A stretch of 8,941 nt of DNA from Chlorokybus atmophyticus (Eukaryota; Plantae; Mesostigma and Chlorokybus algae), in NCBI GenBank assembly GCA_009103225.1, contig RHPI01003153.1, positions 1 to 8,941 on the forward strand, written 5' to 3'. The position numbers were made by a program, and so were the translations under genes. Of the stretch, positions 1 to 7,028 are shown piece by piece (position 1 is the stretch's first letter; each line of letters begins with the position of its first letter). The notes under the pieces were generated by a model that saw nothing but the letters and a program-made list of their open reading frames with translations, did not search any database and was not told where the DNA came from.

Positions 1-24
1 GGGCTTACAATCAACTGCCCCAGC
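1..24 (-). repeat. Partial copy of the dispersed hairpin motif, cut by the window edge
   Basis: Reverse complement reads agctggggc-agttgattg-taa-gccc, matching the array core (ctggggc...taag[a/c]cc). Confidence 0.6.
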
Positions 25-552
25 TGACTGGACACCATACACACACATGCACATTCATGTGATACGCATGCAAGGATGCATTTATTGATCCCTGTCGTCG
101 CTGGAGCTCTTGCCAACTTCTTGGGCACCGTGACTGGCGGTGTCCTGCAAACATGCTGCAGGCAATGCTCAACCTGTTGATAGCAGCTGTAAGAATGCCA
201 AGACACCCAAAACACAGAGCCAAATACTCTGACCCGAGTCTCATCCACAAACACACCATGCCTGGCATGCGAGCTCTGGTTTACCTGCTGTCTTGGAAGC
301 AGCCGGCTGAATCATCATACCCTCTGTTGAATGCATGCAAGCATCTGAGTCAAGACCAAATACCTACCTCATGTTCGACGAGATCAACTACACTGGACCT
401 AAAGCGACCGGCCATCGCTGAATGGTAGCTGTTTACCTATAGATCACACACCGTAGTTAACCAACAGTAGAGTTAGAAATAGAGCAGGGAAATAACTTTT
501 GGGAGACACAATGCGAGCGCAAGCACACACAGAAAGAACACCCTTTTGCCGC

Positions 553-679
553 AAGGCCACTGAGGGGTTATGCCCAAGGCTGCCCCAGCGGCTTGCAGCA
601 AACACCTTTTGTGCCGCAGCACAGGTAAGGCCACTGAGGGGTTATGCACAAGGCTGCCCCAGCGGCTTGCAGCAAACAC
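553..679. repeat. Two-copy direct repeat (~53 bp, period 74) carrying the hairpin motif
   Basis: aaggccactgaggggttatgc[c/a]caaggctgccccagcggcttgcagcaaacac at 553-605 and 627-679, one mismatch. Confidence 0.95.
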
Positions 680-988
680 AGCACGCACAGCACGCACACA
701 CACATACACACATGCATGGCATGCGCAAGGAAGCACGGCAGGCACGTATCTGCTATGTAGCCGCTAGCGCTCCAGCATCGCCGCCGCCGCCGCCGACGAC
801 GATGACCTTGCCTGCGCCGGCGCCGCCGCCGTTGACCTTGACTAAAATCTGCATGCGACGTATCTGCTTGAGTTTCTTGCTAGGAACTCAAGATCGCTGG
901 CGCCGTCGCCACCGACCTCAAAGACTTCGCCGCCAACCACGGCAACCTCGCCGCCTCCCGGCCACAACCTACAACAACATGTCCGGGC

Positions 989-1005
989 GGTTAGGGTTAG
1001 GGTTA
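989..1005 (+). repeat. Interstitial telomere-like tract (TTAGGG)n
   Basis: ggttagggttagggtta. Confidence 0.9.
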
Positions 1006-1064
1006 TGACATATGGCGAAACAGAGTCACAAAAACATTCACCCAGTCCACACCACAGGGCCGGT

Positions 1065-1630
1065 CTGAGGTCTTACAGACCGCCCCAGCTCCTCACCAAC
1101 ACATTCACAGAAAAACAAAACCACAAGGCAGGACACTGAGGTCTTACAGACCGCCCCAGCGACTCACCAGCACACATGCACAGAAACACAAAAACAAGGC
1201 AGGTCACTGAGGTCTTACAGACCGCCCCAGTGAATCACCAACAGAATCACGGAAACAAAACCACAAGGCAGGTCACTGAGGGCTTACATGCCGCCCCAGT
1301 GAATCACCCCCACCCACTGAGGTCCAACACTGAGGTCCAGCACACATGCACAGAAACACAAAAATAAGGCAGGTCACTGAGGTCTTACATGCCGCCCCAG
1401 TGAATCACCAACACATGCAAATAACGGTCCAGCACACATGCACAGAAACACAAAAACAAGGCAGGTCACTGAGGTCTTACAGACCGCCCCAGTGAATCAC
1501 CAACAGAATCACAGAAACAAAACCACAAGGCAGGTCACTGAGGGCTTACATGCCGCCCCAGTGAATCACCAACACATGCAAATAACGGAAACCACAAGGC
1601 AGGACACTGAGGGCTTACATGCCGCCCCAG
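1065..1630. repeat. Minisatellite array of 8 hairpin cores with A/C-rich linkers
   Basis: Core ctgagg[t/g]cttaca[ga/tg]ccgccccag starts at 1065, 1136, 1207, 1276, 1377, 1469, 1538 and 1607. Higher-order duplication 1167-1308 = 1429-1570 with one mismatch. Confidence 0.97.
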
Positions 1631-1886
1631 TGAATGACCAGCACACATACACACACGCACGCGCACAAACAAAACATGCATGCAGGCAGGCTTGCACGTA
1701 TCTGCCTAAGTAGCTCTGCATTAAACAAGGATGGTCGCCGCCAACCTCAAGCACCTCGTCGCCGACCACGCCGCCCACAACCTTTATAACTAAAGACGCT
1801 GCCGCGGCCGACCAAGACAACCTCGCCGCCGACCACAACAACCTCCCCGCCACTAACCTTGCAAACTACAACAACTTACAAAAACA

Positions 1887-1904
1887 TTAGGGTTAGGGTT
1901 AGGG
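1887..1904 (+). repeat. Interstitial telomere-like tract (TTAGGG)3
   Basis: ttagggttagggttaggg. Confidence 0.92.
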
Positions 1905-1933
1905 ATGCCGGCTATGGCGTCAAAGGTGATAGC

Positions 1934-1958
1934 CCATCACTGATGGACCATCACTGAT
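1934..1958. promoter_or_regulatory. Palindrome plus direct repeat at the divergence axis, candidate regulatory site
   Basis: ccatca-c-tgatgg (1934-1946) followed by ccatcactgat (1948-1958). Function is inferred only. Confidence 0.35.
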
Positions 1959-2279
1959 TTGCTTCGGGTTTTGGTGTAGCGATCGAGCAGACAACTTGCA
2001 ACTGGCAAGGCTGGGCGGCAAGGGCGGCGTTGTTGGCGAGGTTGGCGGCGGCGTTGGCTTCAATGCTGAAGTGCAAGTGTTGTGTTTTCGCTTGGTTGTT
2101 GTAGTTACTTCATTGGGTCCGAGAACCCTGGCGAGGTGGTTTCTTGCAGCTTCTGGTGGGCTTGCTGGAGGTTTTTGGCACTGCTTCCAACAAGGTGCAG
2201 CACATGCCGTGCTTGTCTTTGTTTGCATGCATGCCCGTTTGATCATTTCGCTAACTATCAAAAGTGCATGTTGTCTATG

Positions 2280-2453
2280 TTGTTAGCCACCACTTGATGC
2301 TAACCAGAGGGGCGGCCTCGTGCGTAAGACCACCTCTTGCTCAGTTTTTAAGCTGTTGTATTTGAGCATGCACTCTTGTTAGCCACCACTTGATGCTAAC
2401 CAGAGGGGCGGCCTCGTGCGTAAGACCACCTCTTGCTCAGTTTTCAAGCTGTT
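2280..2453 (+). repeat. Two-copy direct repeat (~78 bp, period 96) with two hairpins per unit
   Basis: tgttagccaccacttgatgctaaccagaggggcggcctcgtgcgtaagaccacctcttgctcagtttt[t/c]aagctgtt at about 2281 and 2377. Confidence 0.95.
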
Positions 2454-2603
2454 TTATAGTTTGCATTGTGGCTGAGGCTAAAGTGTGCATGCTCAGGCTT
2501 GTCTGCATGCTCAAATAGGCAGCCGTGTGTGTGTGTGCATGCTCACGTTGCTCAACTATGTGTGCTTGTTTTTGGCTGTGAGGCTTTCCTCAGGTCGTTC
2601 ATC

Positions 2604-4968
2604 ATGTCCAAGCGAAAGCTCATTCCCCTTGGCCAGTTTAAGCCTGCAGGTAATAAGTAATGTATGCTTGTTCAGCATGATTATCGTTAACATGTGGTAA
2701 CACTGGTCATGCACACAGACAAGAAGCACAAGGGTCCAGCGCACAAGAAGGAACCTGCTAAGAAGGAAGCTGTCCTGCAGAAACCCTGCAAGAAATCAAG
2801 TAATGTAGCGCTGTTCCAGCTGACCATACTAACGCATGCTCACTGCGGTTGTTTGCCACCATTGTTGCAATAACACTGTCTATTGCAGACCTTTTTGACA
2901 CCACAAAGGCTCAGTTGCTGGAGGGGTTCAATAATTGGCGGAAACTAAGGGAGGAGGAGAAGGCTGGGAAGGCGAAGATGTCCGCAGAATACAGTTGGGA
3001 TGTCGTGGTTGAAGTAATGCAGAAGAACCTGAATGAAGATCCTCGCTTGCTTGAGCTCGACAAGAACTTGCAGATCTGCCTACGGAAGTTCGTGGAGGAC
3101 CAGCTCAGGCTTTGTGATCCGGAGGCAGCTGCTAGGGGTATGGACCTCGGGCATTTTGGCCTTGAAGATGTTGTTGCCGATAATGACATCCACGAAGAAA
3201 CGAAAACAAAGTGGGGAAAGAAATTCTCTGACTGGAGGAAAGCGAAGGCGAAGAGCAAGAACCTCATGTCATGGGGTGAGCTGGTGGTCTTTATCAAGAA
3301 AGCGCTGTGCAAACCAGACTTGGCTTCCCTCAATCGAGAATGGAGGCTCAAGCTACGGCAGTATGTGGAGGAAGAGCTAAGGCTATGTGATCCAGAGGCA
3401 GCTGCTATGGGCATCGACATCGGGGAATTCGGTCTCGACTACGAAACAGAGGCGCCCAAGCAGCAAGTGGAGGCCCAAGCCAAGCAGCAAGCCGACGCGG
3501 AGGCCTCTGCTTCTGCTGTTGAACCAGAAGACGGTCTACCTCCAGCAGAAACGGAGGGCGAGTTAGAGCTGGTTGGGCTGTTGCATGATAAACACCGGCT
3601 TCGGCTTTTCGATGCCTATGCAGATGGGAATTGCTTCTATGCCTGCCTTGCCCAGTCGCGCCCTCGCGTGAACGCTGCGTGCTTGACACGCGCGAACGCA
3701 GCGGACAACGGGTCTTTCTGGCGAAGCATTGTGCTGGACAATGGCAAACAGCTGCCAACAAGAGAGCAAGCGCAAAAGCTTCGGAAGATCTGTGCTGAGC
3801 AGGTCAACCTTTNCGCAAGTACGGGGCCTGTGGTGACATGGGCCAGGATTACAAAAAGATGGCCAGGAAATATGGCGTAAGCAGGGCACTTAACAAAAAG
3901 CAACTCAAGACTAAGCAAGATGAAGACAACGCTGTAGAGGCTCTGCAGAAAGTGATCGCTGAAGAGAGCGTTTATGCCGATCAACTGCAAGTGGCGATCA
4001 TGGCGCACGCTCTTGGCATTCACATCGGTACTGTGCAGCTCACTGAGGTTGCCGACGAGAAGCAGTACTGCTGGGAAGCAGAGCACAAGGGCGGCCTCAT
4101 CGAAGGCGATGACGGGAGGTACTACACGGTGGATGCCAAGGGAGAGAAGCATTCCGTCAAACCTGTAGTGGTGATTGGCGAGGATGTTATCAATGTGGCT
4201 GGCCATATAATCATTGGCAACACGGATCCAAGCAAGCTCAGCGCGCATTACATGTCTGTTGGTGATGCAAATGGTATACTATCTTGGCAGCGCAGCGACA
4301 TGCCACCAGAAGTCCTGCGCTGCATGTACCCTGCAGATGCCGAGCCGCAGCCCCAGCCCCAGCCCCAGCCCCAGCCCCAGCAGCAAGCCCAGCCCCAGCC
4401 CGAGCCGCAGCCCCAGCCCCAGCCCAAGCAGCAAGCCGAGCCCCAGCCCAAGCAGCAAGCTGATGCCGAGGCCAAGCAGGCCAAGCAGGAGGCCAAGCAG
4501 CAGGCCAAGCAGCGGCAGGAGGCGGAGGCCAAGGCCAAGCTGGATGAGGACAATGCCAAGCAGCGGCAGGAGGAGGCCGAGGCCAAGCAGAGGCAGGAGG
4601 CGGAGGCCAAGGCCAAGCAGGATGAGGCCAATGCCAAGGCCAAGCAGAGGCTGGAGGCCGAGGCCAAGCAGCAGCAGGAGGAGGCCAAGGCCAAGCAGGA
4701 TGAGGCCAATGCTAAGGCCAAGCAGGAGGAGGCCGAGGCCAAGCAGAGGCAGGAGGCGGAGGCTAAGGCCAACGAGGCTAAAGACCAGCAAAGGCAGGAG
4801 GCTGAGGCCAGGAGCCAGCAGGAGGCTGGCGCTATGCAGGTTGATGCCGCTGTTGAGGAGGAGGCTGATGCTATCAGTGATATGTCAATTGACATCAGCA
4901 CCGCAGCAACCAGTGACACCAGTGACACCAAGAAACGCAGACGCCGCCCGTCACGCCGCCAACAGTGA
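2604..4968 (+). CDS. Spliced gene: K-rich N-terminus, duplicated unknown domain, OTU-like cysteine protease/deubiquitinase, PQ and EAEAKQ repeats. Exons 2604-2649, 2719-2799, 2889-4968; frame break at N3813
   Basis: Two phase-1 GT-AG introns join MSKRKLIPLGQFKPAD KKHKG...KKSN LFDTTK into the 2849..3880 frame. OTU motifs: DGNCFYACLA (Cys 3632-3634), YADQLQVAIMAHALGIHI and SAHYMSV (His 4246-4248). The frame change coincides with an N, which would need to stand for 2 mod 3 nt. Confidence 0.8.
2650..2718 (+). other. Spliceosomal intron (69 nt, phase 1)
   Basis: cag|gtaata ... cacacag|ac; removal keeps the frame open. Confidence 0.75.
2800..2888 (+). other. Spliceosomal intron (89 nt, phase 1)
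   Basis: tcaa|gtaatg ... ctaac (branch-like) ... ctattgcag|ac; removal joins in frame. Confidence 0.8.
2900..3439 (+). repeat. Tandem ~85-aa protein domain duplication, unrecognised
   Basis: F..WRK...SW..VV....K.L...P.L..L......LR..VE..LRLCDPEAAA.G.D.G.FGL occurs at about 2900-3166 and 3197-3439. Confidence 0.9.
4342..4830 (+). repeat. Coding low-complexity repeats: (cagccc)n Pro-Gln linker, then EAEAKQ/AKAKQ coiled-coil repeats
   Basis: Directly visible cagccc and gaggccaagcag iterations. Confidence 0.95.
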
Positions 4969-5595
4969 GCTGCTTTGCAAAGGGACAACACGCCTTCCGG
5001 TGCTTTCCAGAAGCTGCATCGTGTGCAACAGGGGGAGCGCACCGTGGACGAATATCACGCGCAGTTTGCACAATTGTGCGGGGTGGCAAACACCTGCGTT
5101 GAGCTGGTGCCTAAGGCCCTTAAACTACAACTGTTTCTCCAGGGACTCAGGAAAGTAGTGCGCATTGGCGTGCCCAAGGGTCCTTGCAACCAAGATTGGA
5201 ATGCTGATCAGTTCGATTTGCTTGTGTCGGCTGCCAAGACTTATGAACGGACCTTGCTTGTTAAACAGCAAGCACACCTCCTAGATCGTTCAAAGTTTGA
5301 GTTAGGCAAAGCAAGGCCAAGCAGGTTGCAGAAATTGGAACGACTGGAACAAATCAGCAGTCGTCGGGAGGGCAAGAAGCTGGCACATCAAGCTGCATAT
5401 CAGCGTGAGCAGGAGATGATAGCTGCACAGGAGACCCTTGAGCAGCAGGAGCAGCTGCGTAAGCAGCTGAAGCGGCAGAAGGAGGAGGAGCGCCAACAGA
5501 TAAAGCGAATGGCTCAGCAGGGAAAGGAGCAGCGAAAGCAGCGGCAGGAGCAGAAGGAAACACAGCAGCAGCAGCAGCCGCAGCAGCAGAGGTAG
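4969..5595 (+). CDS. Retrotransposon Gag capsid C-terminal-like domain plus Q/E/R coiled coil, in frame with the upstream CDS after a single TGA
   Basis: AFQKLHRVQQGERTVDEYHAQFAQL...LQLFLQGLRKVVR...FDLLVSAAKTYE fits the Retrotrans_gag/Ty3-capsid pattern (L..L.QG..SV.EY...F..L ... F..GL ... A...E). Recognised by eye. There is no ATG at the start of this segment. Confidence 0.7.
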   Translation, partial: AALQRDNTPSGAFQKLHRVQQGERTVDEYHAQFAQLCGVANTCVELVPKALKLQLFLQGLRKVVRIGVPKGPCNQDWNADQFDLLVSAAKTYERTLLVKQQAHLLDRSKFELGKARPSRLQKLERLEQISSRREGKKLAHQAAYQREQEMIAAQETLEQQEQLRKQLKRQKEEERQQIKRMAQQGKEQRKQRQEQKETQQQQQPQQQR

Positions 5596-5731
5596 CTGTG
5601 ACAGCAACCTCGAGGTTGTTCACTTCACGACTACCAGCTTTGCAGGTTGGAACACGCATGGACACTGCTTGTACAATAGCAAAAGTTGCAAGTATTGCTC
5701 TCGTTAACATCTGCTGCTGTTGTGTTTGCAG

Positions 5732-5799
5732 GAGCCTCTGCTACCTCACCATGCCTGTGCAGAATCTATCGTTCTCGCAGCGTAGGGCCAACCTCATGT
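5732..5799 (+). other. Possible extra exon of the + gene (intron 5592-5731)
   Basis: ag|gtagct overlaps the TAG stop; acceptor tgtgtttgcag|; in-frame RSLCYLTMPVQNLSFSQRRANLM; then |gtaagt at 5800. TGTAA at 5799-5803 could instead be a poly(A) signal. Confidence 0.3.
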
Positions 5800-5829
5800 G
5801 TAAGTGTATCTATTAATTCAAGCTGAACA

Positions 5830-5987
5830 CAGAGGCATCTTCTAGATTTAGCCCTCTGTTTTCTCATTCCCGATTCGGGTCTGAGCTCATGCTGAATGCA
5901 GAGGCATCCTCGTGAATAAGCCCTCTGCTTGCTCATTCTGTCTTTGTATGCAGAGCGTAGGGGCATCACCCTGTGATTAAGCCCCCT
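5830..5987 (+). repeat. Three diverged copies of the hairpin motif
   Basis: cagaggc-atcttctagattta-gccctctg (5830-5858), cagaggc-atcctcgtgaataa-gccctctg (5899-5927), aggggc-atcaccctgtgattaa-gccccct (5959-5987). Confidence 0.85.
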
Positions 5988-6243
5988 TCTTGCTCACTTT
6001 CTTGCCCCCTTCTTGCCTGTGCCACCTGCTTTCGCTGCTAACCAGCAGGAAGTGGAGGTGTTCTTCCAGGTGACATGACAGGAGCTTGACATGACAGGAT
6101 AGAGGAAAGACAATCTCGTGGTCTTTGTACAGGATAGAGTGTGTTAGCTTTAGCTGCCTGTCTGTGTGTGTTGAAGGATTGCAGCAAAATGCAATCACCC
6201 ACATCTGCCTGTCCTTGTATGCTTAGGATCATCCCGACTGCAC

Positions 6244-6263
6244 GCGGGTTCACTGCGAACGCA
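6244..6263 (+). repeat. Isolated 20-nt copy of the long-hairpin arm
   Basis: gcgggttcactgcgaacgca is the exact reverse complement of 6882-6901 and differs by one base from 6749-6768. Confidence 0.95.
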
Positions 6264-6741
6264 CCGCCTTGGGAGCCTTGCTGGCTGCTGTTTGTATGCA
6301 GTCACGGCGCACAGGTAAGTGTGACAGCACTTGTAGAGTGGAGGTGGTAACAGAAGTCCGCAGTAAGTCATGAGGTATGCATCGCTCTCGTGCATATACT
6401 AACTGTGATTGCATTTCACCTTCTCAACCACCTCCAGCCTCTGCATGGAACTTGTTGGTCGCGATCTGCTCCAGGGCTTTTGAATGGACGGCGGTTGTAC
6501 CTGCCGCTGGGGTTGGGTTGCTGTTTGTGATATGGCAACTCAGGCTGGCAGTCCTTCTCCCCCCACCCACCCGAGAGAACACCTCTTGCTGCTGTTGACA
6601 TGCCGCCCTCGTACTGGCACGCCCTCGTACTGGCCCCGGCAACCGCTGAAACCGGGCATGTGTCCAAAGATTGCACGCAACCAAAGGCATGCGCACAGCA
6701 ACCTAGAAGTTCTCCTTCTCCGCCCACCCACCCGACACAAA

Positions 6742-6908
6742 ACCTCCTGCGGGTTTACTGCGAACGCAGGATGTGGTCCTGCAGAGCCGTCTCGCGCAAG
6801 TCACGTACTGTAGACTTTGTGCACATGCTCAGAGCCTCTGGTTCATGACTTTCGCGAGTCAGCTTTGGTTGGACCATACCCTGCGTTCGCAGTGAACCCG
6901 CAGGAGGT
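6742..6908. repeat. Long imperfect inverted repeat (~167-nt hairpin; pre-miRNA-like or MITE-like)
   Basis: 29-bp outer arms 6742-6770 and 6880-6908 with one G-T. Pairing continues inward: tggtcc/ggacca, cagagc/gctttg, tctcgcgcaagtca/tgactttcgcgagt. Confidence 0.9.
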
Positions 6909-6999
6909 CTAGTCTCGGGTGGGCGGACGGCGCAACAGGGCATGAAGGTGCTCTGGAAGAGACCCTGCCCAGCAGGTCAGTCTTTCCCGTGCTGGCAAA

Positions 7000-7028
7000 C
7001 AGAGGCATCCTCGTGATTAAGACCTCTT
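7000..7028 (+). repeat. Single copy of the hairpin motif
   Basis: cagaggcatcctcgtgattaagacctctt, nearly identical to 5899-5927. Confidence 0.85.

Noticed and set aside
60-430. Possible minus-strand spliced gene (several gt/ag-like sites)
   Set aside because: I could not assemble a consistent open, in-frame exon chain or recognise a domain.
1065-1630. CRISPR- or TIGR-like repeat-spacer array
   Set aside because: The linkers are themselves repeated and low-complexity rather than unique spacers, unit lengths vary from 69 to 101 nt, there are no cas/tas genes, and the context is eukaryotic.
499-1713. ORFs 499..1008, 570..767, 1176..1367, 1438..1713 as proteins
   Set aside because: They are translations of repeats and low-complexity DNA with no domain signal.
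2298-2384. Integron attC-like site (tgctaac...gttagcc with paired arms)
   Set aside because: It is a by-product of tandemly repeating a unit that contains gttagc/gctaac; there is no integrase or cassette, and the locus is eukaryotic.
3805-3840. Programmed frameshift within the OTU domain
   Set aside because: The frame change coincides with N3813; an unsized gap explains it.
4214-5158. Long overlapping ORFs 4214..5158(+), 4248..5042(-), 4279..4791(-)
   Set aside because: They are shadow frames of the stop-free PQ/EAEAKQ repeats, with low-complexity translations.
5899-5927. HDV-like, pistol or twister ribozyme (tcctcgtg and taagccc words)
   Set aside because: The flanking bases cannot form HDV P3/P1, and the pseudoknot partners and catalytic cores of the other classes are absent by eye.
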